Source of the DNA: Massalongia carnosa
Lineage: Eukaryota
DNA length: 64,000 nt
Reading direction: 5' to 3'
Assembly (NCBI GenBank): GCA_965645245.1
Contig: OZ287080.1
Location: 682,001 to 746,000, forward strand
Of the stretch, positions 49,739 to 60,883 are shown in pieces; within the stretch, counting starts at the first letter, position 1, and every line of letters begins with the position of its first letter. Under the pieces are notes generated by a model. The model worked only from the letters and a program-made list of their open reading frames with translations. It was not told the origin of the DNA and did not search any database. The position numbers were made by a program, and so were the translations under genes.

Positions 49739-52700
49739 TCATTCGGCGCCTTCTGTATCAGACCCATCCCCAAAGCTAACGTGTATCCTGAGTTCCTTCT
49801 CGCCCATAAGCTCGTATAAGCCTCGCAGTTCTGTCTCATGCATCACCGGCCTCAGATACTCAAACGCTAACATATATAATGCTTTGGCCCACGGACAGAA
49901 CCTCAGCCCCCGATAAAACACGCTCTTGGCTCGATTCAGATCGTTCCTGGAAATCTCAAAGAGGAAGTACAGTTTCCAAAGCCCAGCGCTGTGAGCACCG
50001 TTTCTGCTAGCCACGGCACGCTCAAAGGTCCCACGCACAGCATGTACGTTGGACCCTAGAGTCACTCCCCGGTGGATCTCGGTGTGAATAGCAAAGAAAT
50101 GACCGATGACGCTTCCTTGCTGCTCGCCATGTTCGTTGCGATTTCTGTCGAGTAAAACATGTCTCATAATGGAACGGACACGGTCATCGAGGCGAAAGCG
50201 GCCCTCAATCCAGCTGTAGAGAGAGAGGAACATAGTATTAAGTGGGAACTGCGCCACGCTTTCCGCGAAAAACGAACGGATGACAGACGGGCTATAATCG
50301 CGGGACGATTCAACATGGTGATAGAGAAGTCGAGCGAAAGATTGACGGATAAGCTCCTGACTTAAGACGTAAGAAGGACATTGAGTAGAGATAAGAGCGA
50401 AGTTTGAAGTGAAGGCCATGTGCGCGGCTGATAAAGAGAATTGGGTTGAAAGATATATGAATATAATCAAACATTCCACAACAGTTGCAACTTGGTGCTG
50501 GAAGCCTAGCGACATTGCGTGGTCGCGTGCTGCAGTCAAGGCCTACTTGAATGTAAGTCTAGCCCTTGGCTTTAATGAATGATCATACCTTCTGCGCTCG
50601 GAGCAGTTGAGAAGCTCCAGGCGGGGGCAAATCTTGAAGTGTACACTCGAGGTTTAGGTTCGGAGTCACATTGGGAAATGACAAGAGTCGCGCCAAAGCA
50701 ACCGCCGGCTGCCGTGTGCCAAGTAACTCCCACACCCAAGTAGACCACAGAAATATAGATTCTCGCTGGGCTTGGTCGTTCAAGGACTTGCTCATATTTA
50801 TAGTGGTGGTTATTACATTCTCTGCACTTTCAGCATTACCCAAGCGATACTCAACAAGCGCGTACGAGTTGTAGAGAGAAATGCTGGAGGGCCGGCTCTT
50901 TATCAAGGTTTTTGCAGTCTTCCTAACATCAGAAGGAGAGAATCGTAATTCCAAGGCCAAGTGATATTGTGCAAGGATCTCTCCACCTACACCAACGTGT
51001 ACAAGTGCCCTGATTATTCGACGTACCCATGCCACTTCCACCGGACCGTGATCTTTACTACACTCGTCTTCCCAAGAATCGAAAACCGAAAACCAAGAAT
51101 CCCTAGAGGCGAACAAGGTATCTGAAGATATTTGAAAATCTGCTTTACAAAACCTGAAGGGACTCTTCATAGATGGACACTTCTTGGGTGAATCATGATG
51201 AACACGGTTCAACGAAGGAAGATCAGTTTCATTAGGACGAACTTGAAATCTCCAATTTGACACTAAATCGTGCGACTGAGATAGGTCCTCATTGCGCAGG
51301 TAAGATTCTCGCCACCATGATCTTGAAACGTTGTGAGCCGAGTTAATAGGATAGGGCGGGAGATGGCAGAAAGCAAGCAGAGCCGCCACAAGCAGCTCTC
51401 CACCGGAACGGGCCGGCGGGTCATCTAGAATGTTTCGGATGTCTGAGAATAGAACAACCCTATAGGGATCGTCCTCCACAGTCTTATCAAGAGCGCGCGC
51501 TGGAGTTCTCGCTTGAAGGGACTTTCGGCGTTCAATCTGTTCCCATTTGTGAAAATTTTGCCTATCATCCGACGAATGATCTTCAACGTCCTTTCTTGGG
51601 TAGATTAACGATCCCCTCGACTGCATAGTGTTTGCCCATCCTGCGGCATGATCTTCTCCCATTCGTGGAAGTTCATTTTCCCAGAACCCTTGAAATGCTG
51701 ACAAGGCCTTCATTTTCAATGAGCCGTCCGGTTGGCTTTCCTGGCGCTGGAATTCCACAGGCTTGAAGAAGACATATTCGATGATCGCTTGCCATGATGC
51801 AAGGGCATGCTCCGAGAAGCCTGACTCCCGAGAAAATACCATCATGCGGAGCATGATGTAGACCTGAACCGCATAGATGGTTTCATTAGCAGCAAGGCCA
51901 AGTCCTAGCTGCATTCGGGTCTGCCGGAGTACATCAAGGCACTCTAAGTAGCTAGCTCGGACTTCCTCATATTTAAAAGAAGAAAAGTCTGTTTGTTTGA
52001 AATCGAGATACTTTTTCCATAAAATTCCAGAGGTTGGATATTTCCTAAGCATACTGTGCCACTTTGAAGAGAGTCTCTTGCTCTCCCATACGTTGCATCC
52101 CTCCTCCATCATACCAACTAACAGGCGCTCTTTGTCCTTCCAATTTTGCATGCTCTCTATTGCTTTTGCGTAAATAGATATTTTTGTCTCCGAAATACTT
52201 TCCCTTTCAGCCTTGGATAGTTTATCAGGATGGGCAACGTTAACCGTGATGCCTTGACAATCTATCAGATCTATCCAGCTATCATAATCTGTAGGATCTA
52301 TATCTACTTTTTTAGATAGATCTGCTAATTTTCGCTGCATTGCAGTAGTTAAAAAATGGGATTCCCCACCATCATCATCCGAGGCTGAAGCGTCAGTATG
52401 GTATGCAAAATCTTCCCCACCTGGCTCATCGTCACGATGAATCAACCACCCCGTCGGATTATGGGGATGAGAACCATCAAGACCTGAATACGGCGAGAAA
52501 TCTGAAATGGCTTCATAACCTTTCTTGTTGTTCTCCTCTTTGTCGAAAGTGCTTATAGGAACAAAATCTGCCGCTAAATTAAAGGATGCATCCCCAGTCA
52601 ATGGTTTTGCTCGAATCTTTTTTTCACCTACACTAGCGAACCTACTAAGCCTTGCTCTCTCATATTTACTTGAGGATGGATGCAGTGTGTTTGATAGCAC

Positions 52701-53249
52701 CGTGAACTTATTATTACTTCCTGCTCGATCGAGTCTGTATCGCTTCGATGATCCAAGGATTTCACCGCCACCCGCACGAAAGTAGAAAGGAATTGTATGT
52801 GAGTGTAACCTTCCATATTTTGAGTTTTCAGGATCACCAATACTATCAATGAAAATAAGGTGTCTAGATTCAACTAATTTCGTTGGTGCTCTTTCTGGTG
52901 CGCTGCCTCCAAGTTTTACGCTAGACGTCTTTTGCGTAGGTTCTGATACCTTGGCCGAATGTAAAGATGGAAGATCGACGCTTTTTGATCGAGAGGAGTC
53001 TCTCTCTTTGTTAACCTTACTTTGTCGACTTTCAGGGATCTTACTCTCTTCTGAGGAGTTCTCCTTGAGGGCTTGAACCTGTCTATAAAATGCTGTTTTG
53101 GGATTGAAACTGTTGAACTTGGGTACATGTACAGGTTTCGGGGCCACGTTGGGAGGGGTTTTCTGTCAAAGATTTTCGTGAGCAGGATTTTATAAACGAA
53201 CATGAGGTTTGTACCAGTAATGACGTACGTGTGAAACCTTGCTTTCCAT
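49739..53249 (-). CDS. NRDE2: NRDE-2/Nrl1-like HAT-repeat protein; exons 53249-53229, 53162-50589, 50542-49739
   Basis: MESKVSH|KTPPNVAPKPVHVPKFNSFNPK; DSIGDPENSKYGRLH..IPFYFRAGGGEILG; LWKKYLDFKQTDFSSF; FWENELPRMGE; DDPYRVVLFSDI; C-terminal FYRGLRFCPWAKALYM...MGEKELRIHV. Confidence 0.85.
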
Positions 53250-53690
53250 GTTATCTTAAACCAAACTTCCTAAGAATCAATACCGATAAGATCCTTAAGT
53301 TGGATCGCCTTGGTAATATCGTAGCTCTACTAATGGTACAGAATAGAAGAAGATAGTTGAGAATGTAATCATGAGTTGCTTTCCTATTAGGGTTAGAGTG
53401 GCGCACTGTAATGTAATCTACGGAGTAATCGTGCTAGACTACTTTCGGAATGCACAGAGCACCCCTCAGTGCTTACCGGCTCAAAGACGCTACCGGCTCA
53501 AAGACGCATTTTTCAACACCTTAACATTAGAAAAATCAGACCTTCATGAAAGACGTCCAAATAGCTTCATTTCGGGTTCAAAATCTACGGCTCAGTCTGT
53601 TCTACTAACGGGCCCTGCCCTAGTAAAAATCGGACGTTGTCTAACTGGGTTGGTGAGGCCTTTTCCCCTTATTAGCCTCCCTTTGTGTAA

Positions 53691-55950
53691 CAGGGGTGGT
53701 AATAAGTCATCTAAGCCACTGAGCCAAAAGGCTACTATGGTAGTTCTCCTATCCCTCTCGCTGTCATTCTAGCACCCCCCTCCCAAGCTAATCTATATTG
53801 GACTAGCTTCCGCACCGATGAGTCATCAGAACATTAGTTTTCTCTAGAGTGTTTGCGCGTTTGTTTACTTTTCAAAGAATACTATTCGGTCATTCAATCA
53901 AAATAAATCACATAAATTACTATTCTTCTAGCTTCGGAATTGATATTATAAGTATGACGCTCAATGAAGAAGAAATCCCGAGTGTATCAGACAAATCTCC
54001 CATTTCAGCGAAGCAACATAAAATAAATCGCAAAAGAAGTGTTCGGGATATTTTAATCGACCTTCCCCCTATTTCCTCAAAATATACCCCCATTCGGGTT
54101 GAAAACAGGCCTTTTGTTCCGCTCGTTGAAAACGATTCTCGAAATCCTTTGGGATTATTTCGGTTATTTATAACAAGGCAGCATTGTCGTATCATCGCAA
54201 ATCATACCAATATCAAGGCAAATAACTACATGGAAAAGGAGAAGGAGAACAATCATCGGGTTTGGACTGACACTACTGACTCGGAAATTGAGGTTTTTTT
54301 GGGCATATTAATTCTTATGGGACTCGATCATCTACCTGCTACAGAGGATTATTGGAATCAACGTCCTGACAAACCAGTTATCATGCCTATTCTGTCCGCG
54401 ATGTCGCTTGGTCGATTTCAACAAATCAAACGATTTTTGAAAATCTATAATGGACAGACTGAGCCTATCGGACTTGGTCAAGGACCTGATTGGTGGAAGA
54501 AACTGGAACCGTTGGCTACTGATTTCCGAAAGACTTCATTGAAACATTGCAGACCAGGAAGTATGATATCTATAGATGAACAGCTGGTGTTATTCAAGGG
54601 CCGTTCTCGACATACCTTGCAGATTACTACAAAAAGTGCCCATAAAGGATTTAAAATCTACAGTCTCTGTCAGGATAATTATCTGTTGTCATTTATGTTT
54701 GCCTCGAAGAGTAGCAGAATAAGTGAATTGAAAACAGTCAGACAATTGGGATTTTTGCCAAAAGATAAACTAACTCCTAGTGCTTTGCTAGTGATTCAGT
54801 TATGTAAAGAACTCCCATCCTCACTGAATTATCATCTTTTCTGTGATAATTTCTTTACTAGTACGAAATTATTCAAGGCACTTCGATCAATCGGAATAGC
54901 TGCCAGTGGAACTGCTAAAAAGGGCTCGGGCTTTCCAGAAGAATTGTTGGCCATACGGGACGTCACTTCAAAAGGAAAAGACTGGGGTCTTCAGGCCCAT
55001 ATGGTGGTCGACGATAAGGTGCTTTGTATGGGCTGGGTGGATAATAATGGTGTGCAGTACATGACCACCGGTCATTCTCCTCAGGACTTGTACGAAATGC
55101 ACTATATAAATCCGCACAAGAGATATGGAATTCCCGAGACCTCTCTTCAACCTATTGTATCGTATTTCCCATCAACTCTGGCTCACTCCATTCCCTTGCT
55201 CAATCAAGAGGTTCAACGGCCCTTAGGATTACCGATACCAGCCCCAATCAAAGAATATAATCTTCATATGGGGGGATCGGATGGAAACGCTCAGCAACGA
55301 GCGATTTACTCATACAATCGTCGAACGGATCGTTACTGGTGGCCTTTGTTCATTTTTATTTTAGATGCAGCCGGATTGAATGCCTATAAACTTTACTCGC
55401 TGAACTCTTTCGATTCCGAGGAGATAAAATTTACTCGTTCTGAATTTCTTCGTCGGATTGCTCTTGAACTGATATCAAATCAAGCGGGCATCAGGCCCGG
55501 CTCATCAAAGATAAGCATCAATACCACGATTGATGCTTTAGTACCATCTCCCATTCATCATTACGTTCGTCTTGAAGGCAGAAAAAGATGTGTGCAATGT
55601 AACGCCGAGAAAAAACGACCTTCAAAGCGGAAGGGAGAGCCACTGGCTGAAATAAGTGTCGATGGGCGTAAAAGAAGGCGAAGGGGTGCTCAGACTATAT
55701 GGGCTTGTGGAGGATGTAATCCAATCAGGCCTTGCTGTAAGAAAGCCAGCTGTTGGGAAGCTATTCATATGATAGGGGACGAGTAAATAGGTATCTGATA
55801 CTCCGTACAACTTCTTGTGAATAGGAATAACATTGATTGGTCAAAAGTTTAAGGTTTAGCGCTTTCTAACCAACAATGGTTTAGCTTGGGGGGGGGTGCT
55901 AGAATGACAGCGAGAGGGATAGAGACACTACCGCTTATTACACTACATAT
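53691..55950 (+). mobile_element. piggyBac-like DNA transposon (exact termini uncertain)
   Basis: About 53-bp inverted repeats at 53739-53791 and 55881-55932, plus an outer GTAATAAG/CTTATTAC pair (53699-53706, 55934-55941), flank the transposase. No TTAA TSD found. Confidence 0.7.
53954..55786 (+). CDS. piggyBac-family DDD transposase with C-terminal Cys-rich domain, uninterrupted
   Basis: EIEVFLGILILMG, MSLGRFQQIKRFL, SIDEQLVLFKGRS, FCDNFFTS, YNLHMGGSD, RYWWPLF, then CVQC...CGGC..CC. Confidence 0.93.
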   Translation: MTLNEEEIPSVSDKSPISAKQHKINRKRSVRDILIDLPPISSKYTPIRVENRPFVPLVENDSRNPLGLFRLFITRQHCRIIANHTNIKANNYMEKEKENNHRVWTDTTDSEIEVFLGILILMGLDHLPATEDYWNQRPDKPVIMPILSAMSLGRFQQIKRFLKIYNGQTEPIGLGQGPDWWKKLEPLATDFRKTSLKHCRPGSMISIDEQLVLFKGRSRHTLQITTKSAHKGFKIYSLCQDNYLLSFMFASKSSRISELKTVRQLGFLPKDKLTPSALLVIQLCKELPSSLNYHLFCDNFFTSTKLFKALRSIGIAASGTAKKGSGFPEELLAIRDVTSKGKDWGLQAHMVVDDKVLCMGWVDNNGVQYMTTGHSPQDLYEMHYINPHKRYGIPETSLQPIVSYFPSTLAHSIPLLNQEVQRPLGLPIPAPIKEYNLHMGGSDGNAQQRAIYSYNRRTDRYWWPLFIFILDAAGLNAYKLYSLNSFDSEEIKFTRSEFLRRIALELISNQAGIRPGSSKISINTTIDALVPSPIHHYVRLEGRKRCVQCNAEKKRPSKRKGEPLAEISVDGRKRRRRGAQTIWACGGCNPIRPCCKKASCWEAIHMIGDE

Positions 55951-56425
55951 AGGTGCCCCGCGCCCGGTACGTCACCGTACCTCCTTAGGCGCTCATGTAT
56001 TGCGCCCGCTGGCTAGCAGTATTGAGTACAGCTGTAACACTTTGTTCCTTTCGTCTAGCCTTTTCTTTTTTTTGACGATGTTTAAAATAGGAGGGATGGA
56101 TAGAGAATAATGGACCCAATGCACAGAAAATAGGTGGCAGAGTGCCAGAAGTCTCTGGATAGTACAGAACTTCTATGAATGAAATAATTCAGATTATTGC
56201 GACTAATCTCTAGGCTATGCGTAGGAGTAATGCTATATACATATTGATCACAGAACATTCGAGATTCTCCTCGAATGTTCTATAGACCTGAATTTCTAAG
56301 CATCGAAGATACCAGAAATTCTCAGATGTAACTATTCCCATATCAGTAAAATACGAGAAGGCATGCGCATATTACGTCAGATATGATCCAGCTGGCTTGG
56401 CATTCGCAACAGACGAATTGAAATA

Positions 56426-58382
56426 ACCGTGCGACCGAGGTAAATCCGATGGACCGCACCCGGAGCTACGCTCCAGGTGCGGCTCACCTCCATAACGCTA
56501 TCATCTCCATGACGCATTTCTCAAACTATTTACATTATATCCATTGATTGACCCTTTCAAAATGAAGCTATTCAAAATCAAAGGCTGACGTTCATCTATC
56601 CAGCTTTCGGCCTTTTTACCCACCAAGCCAAACCGTTTAGCTATCGCTTTTCCATAGAGAAATATTTTCTTTTGTCTAGCCGTCTCAGCACGCTTTTGAC
56701 GACCCTCCTCCCTTTCCACCTCTTCTTGGGTACGATGTAGGTGATTGTGCCTCACATCTCGAACGGTAACGATTCCTCCCTTCTGAACAACGGTACCAGC
56801 AAGCTTTTTTCGGGCCCTTTTAGCTAATGCAGCTGTGTGTGTGGCTTGCAAGTCGCGTTGCGTCAATTCTACGGAGTAGTAAATTAGCGTTCGCAACCGA
56901 CCCTTTGATAAAACGTCGCATTCTTTCTGGAGTAATTTCTTTATTATTATTCATTCGCTGAATAATGTTTTCCCTTCCTTAGCAACGTCTTTGGGCTTTT
57001 TGGGGGTATGAGGTAGGATTATTGTCTCCGAAGATGATATTGGTAGTGGTAGTAATGCCGGATTTAAAGCACGAATTTTAGTCAAGACTACCTCCGGATT
57101 GTAAGGTATCAACCCAGTTTTTTCCCAGGCTGATTTGATAGTAGATGATTTGAATGCCTTTGTACAAAATTGATTGAATGCGGCCAGAAAATCCAGACGA
57201 TTGAAGTCAACGTCACCCAAACGAATGGCGTTGTCAACCGCTTCAGCATGATAATGTTTCGTTGGCTGAAAAACACCAACGTCCAATGGCTACGTCAAAT
57301 GGATTGAATGGGGGGGGGGGGGGGGTAATCTGAATAAACAGATATTATTTTCTTTCGAATATTCCCAAAATTCATACGTTAGATGAGATCCATATCAATC
57401 CAACAAAAGAAGCCTAAACGCTCCTTTTTGACCCTTTTTTGAATGAGCATTAAAATGCTTTAACCACTCTAATGCTAGACAATCATTCGAATAGCCGCTA
57501 TCGCTTGTAGTCAACACGATATCATCTTTCAAATCATTCTTTAAGGCCCATTTGTGAAGTATGTTGACCCCTTTCAAAATCAAAAATGATGGAACGCTTC
57601 CGCCAACTCCATTGATGTATTCGACCGAAGTTATAGTCTCGATTGTCTGGATCAGCGATCATAATTCGTTTATGTGATGATAGTGTCACCACCAAATGGG
57701 TTACCCCACAGCCAACTCGAAAGTCTGTCTCATCCATATTCCATATATCATCTGGAGTTATACCAAGAAGGGCTACAGTCGATTGAAATGAAGAGAAATA
57801 AGTCTAAATATCCGTAACATTGTGAGCGTTTTTCCTTTCGGCTGCTAATGGCTTGCCTTTTTGCATCAAAAATTGGGGATTTCTTTTCAAGAATCGTCCG
57901 GTCTAGCATTTTCCTACCCGGGTGAGAGAAGTTGAAGACGAGGAAGGATGTTGCAATTGCAACAAATAATTAGCTGCACCGCGAATCAATGGTAATCTTA
58001 TTGATAATTCGATATCATCAAAAAATTCAATATACTCCTTCAGGGCTAGTTCTAGTGCAGCAGACAGCCTCATATTGACTGCTTTTCGCTTGCTATATCC
58101 ATGTAGTCTTCTTTGAAATAGACGAGGTGAAATATCGAATTCTTTGGCACAGGCTGCGGCTGATTTGTATGTGTTCTTTGCAAATGCATCTAAGGCCTTT
58201 GCAATGTTAGCCTCTCGTTTCTTGTACGAATCAGACATGATGTGGTTGAATAATAAATGGTTGATGATAGATTATAGAAATTTTTTAAAAATGCGTCATG
58301 GAGATGATAGTGTCATGGAGGTGAGCCGCACCCCGAGCGGAGCTCGGGATGCGGTCCATCGGATTTACCTCGGTCGCACGGT
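56426..58382 (-). mobile_element. Fot1/pogo-type (Tc1-mariner superfamily) DNA transposon, 1957 bp, 94-bp TIRs, TA TSD
   Basis: TA|ACCGTGCGACCGAGGTAAATCCGATGGACCGCA... at 56426-56519 and its near-perfect inverse at 58289-58382|TA. Confidence 0.93.
56501..58238 (-). pseudogene. Disrupted pogo transposase (HTH + DDE_1)
   Basis: Fragments MSDSYKKREA.., WNMDETDFRVG, SDSGYSND..WLKHF, LLLLD*YGSH and HLT*PLDVGVFQP..HYH; several stops and frameshifts, including a long G run at ~57310. Confidence 0.9.
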
Positions 58383-58384
58383 TA

Positions 58385-59177
58385 CATTGACTGACTTTTA
58401 TGACTCCACCCTTTCCAGCTACCTGACCCCCGAGAGCGGCCCGACTTTTACGCGATGTGGTGGCTTTTTGGTCCCGCGTAGTCAAATCTAGGGTGTTGGC
58501 GGAGGTGATGGAGGCCCTAATAAATTTCTGAAAACCGTCCACTGTTTTTTATTCATCCATCCACCGATCGGCCCGGCCGCGGTCAATGCCTTTTGCAATA
58601 TGTGACCGAATTTTCTGATTGATTCGGGGCCTCGAGGGGTGCGCTCATGAAATTGAAGAGGTGGGGGGCTCGGGGTGCGGGGTTCATTTATAATTTCCAA
58701 GGCTGCAGCTTGCTTCTGACGAATGACATCGAGTATCATGTTTGGATTGAATGGGACGATGCCGGTGGTCCTGAATGCATGACGAATAGTAGATGATTGT
58801 CTTATTGCGAAATTCCTGGAATGCGGCTAAAAATTCCAATTTTCCAAGTTCCGTGCCCATTCGTATCGCATGATCAATAGCCTCAGCATGATAGTATTTG
58901 TACAGCTGAAAAACACCTATATCTAACGGCTGAGTCAAATGAGTAGAATGTGCTGGAAGATGAAATAGAACAATTTGATTTTCAGTGGCCAGCTTCAAAA
59001 ACGGAATGGTTAAATGAGACCCAAACCCGTCGATGACTAGAAGTAGCCAAGCTCCACGTCTTTTAGTCCGTGTATGCTCGATGAAATAACGAAGCCAATC
59101 CATGGCTAAATCGTCATTTGAATAGCCGGTCTCGCTGGTCCCAATCAACGTCTCTCCGTCGAGATCGTTGTGTTGAC
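58385..59177 (-). pseudogene. 3' half of a second, older pogo-type transposase, bounded by the Fot1-like element and the gypsy LTR
   Basis: SETGYSNDDLAMDWLRYF, LLVIDGFGSH, LPAHSTHLTQPLDIGVFQ, TPRGP and GGVIKVSQC spread over frameshifted ORFs. Confidence 0.85.
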
Positions 59178-59664
59178 TGTCATGAAATGCCTCCGACCTC
59201 ACCACGTGCCTCTATCACGTGCCTTGATCTGATGACTACTCACGGACGTCGTGCCATGCCTTCGGGACCCTCATATCATTCTTCGAATTCGCCGATTACT
59301 GATCATTAATCAGCCTCGCATTGATGATTTATTCCCGTCTTTCGACTATTATCATGTCTAATAGCTTCGCATTGATGTTTGACATCTCCCGTCTCCTCGC
59401 TGACCCCATCGTGCTTATTGCCGCTATAATGCCCCTCATTCATCATCGCACTGACTAGACATCATTCGCCGCCACCCTAGAAAGATGAATATGGGAGGAC
59501 AAAGATATAAGAAAGAAGTCGAATCATGGAAGTTCTGATTCTTTGTCGAACGTCTTGAATAGCCAACCTAGCCTAGCCTAGATTCATAGCTATAGACTCA
59601 ATCAATAAGCTTGACCATCAACCCACCTTGCCTTTGCCCTTGCCCTCGACCTGATTTCGTGACA
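59178..59664 (+). repeat. 5' LTR, 487 bp
   Basis: Starts TGTCATGA and ends TCGTGACA (imperfect terminal IR, TG...CA); TATAA at 59506-59510; begins exactly where the pogo relic reading frame breaks. Confidence 0.8.
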
Positions 59665-59740
59665 TTACGTTCGACCAACATTCAAAAGTGCCTTCCATAG
59701 CATTTTCCCTCATCTCCCTTTATCTCATTCCCCCTCAATC

Positions 59741-60883
59741 ATGTCTTCAGCAGAAGAGAACCTCTCCGAGCTGGATAAGCGTATTCGATTCATTCAGGAA
59801 CGTCTTCAGGCAGACCCTCAGCAATTCCTGAGTCAAATGGACAACCTAGAAGCCGAAGTAAACCAACTTCGCAACAATGCCAATACCCCTTCTATTTCCG
59901 AGCCCATACCTATCTCAAATCCACCCCCCCCTACCTTGGATCCGCAAATCATGGCCATGATGCAGCTGCTCCTGGCGTCAAAAAACTCCCTCATCCGCTC
60001 CGAAAAGCTCCCGGACATCACGGAGTATGAGGGCGAAGAAGTCAAGCTGGATGCGTGGGAGCAGTCCCTGATTCAAAGAATGCATGTCAACAATGATCGA
60101 TACCCGTTCGATCAAGCCAAAATTGCCTATGCCGAAAGCCGACTCACCATAGGCAAAAAGGCTCATAACCTAATGAATGCGTACAGGGTCGATGGCCTTT
60201 GCGTACTCACCTCATTTGCCGAATGGCGATCAGCCCTCCGCCGCGCATGCGGAAATCCCTACGAGCAGGAGGATGCTCGCAAATACCTTCGCGATATCCT
60301 CAAACAGGGAAGTAGTAGCTTCGAGGAGTACTACAACCTTTTTGCGCAGAAAAAAGACCGGTCCAAGATGGAAGATGCCAGCCTGATCGATGCCATGAAG
60401 GCAAATGTGAATTATTCAACCCAGACCGCAGCCCTAATGTATAGGGTCCCCGGAACCCAAAGGCAACCAACCACCTTCGACGAGCACGTCACCATGTGGT
60501 TGGAGACAGATCGTGGCCTTCGGCAGATCCGCCACATTGCCCCAAAGGCGAACACCACCACTATCACCCCGACACCGAAAAAGCCAAACCCGTTATCAGC
60601 ACTTCCCCCGACAGTCGCTCCCGCTGCCAAAGCACCTGTCGCTTCTCCCGCCTCCCCTGCGCTGCTCATTGGCGACCCCATGGACCTAAGCTCTGCCATG
60701 GCAGCGGTGAAAGGCCAATCGCTCAAAACCGAGGGGGTCCGCAAAATCTGCGAAGACTGGAAGTTGTGTTTCTACTGCAAATTGCAGCATCCAGGGAAGT
60801 CAGCAACTGACTGTCCCAACAAGCGAACCAACCTTCGGAGCATGGAGCTCGAAGCCCCTGATATTGATCAGGGAAAAGCCTAG
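59741..60883 (+). CDS. gag: Gag, 380 aa
   Basis: RSEKLPDITEYEG, KIAYAESRL, LKQGSSSFEEY, GDPMDLS and zinc-knuckle-like CFYCKLQHPGKSATDC. Confidence 0.9.
   Translation: MSSAEENLSELDKRIRFIQERLQADPQQFLSQMDNLEAEVNQLRNNANTPSISEPIPISNPPPPTLDPQIMAMMQLLLASKNSLIRSEKLPDITEYEGEEVKLDAWEQSLIQRMHVNNDRYPFDQAKIAYAESRLTIGKKAHNLMNAYRVDGLCVLTSFAEWRSALRRACGNPYEQEDARKYLRDILKQGSSSFEEYYNLFAQKKDRSKMEDASLIDAMKANVNYSTQTAALMYRVPGTQRQPTTFDEHVTMWLETDRGLRQIRHIAPKANTTTITPTPKKPNPLSALPPTVAPAAKAPVASPASPALLIGDPMDLSSAMAAVKGQSLKTEGVRKICEDWKLCFYCKLQHPGKSATDCPNKRTNLRSMELEAPDIDQGKA

Noticed and set aside
53100..53249. Apparent non-AUG (GTG) start of NRDE2 at 53147
   Set aside because: A 21-nt upstream exon (ATG at 53249, GTACGT donor, TGACAG acceptor at 53163) supplies an in-frame AUG.
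49739..56000. NRDE2 (RNA-silencing/splicing-linked) adjacent to the TE cluster as a defence module
   Set aside because: Nothing in the sequence links them beyond adjacency.
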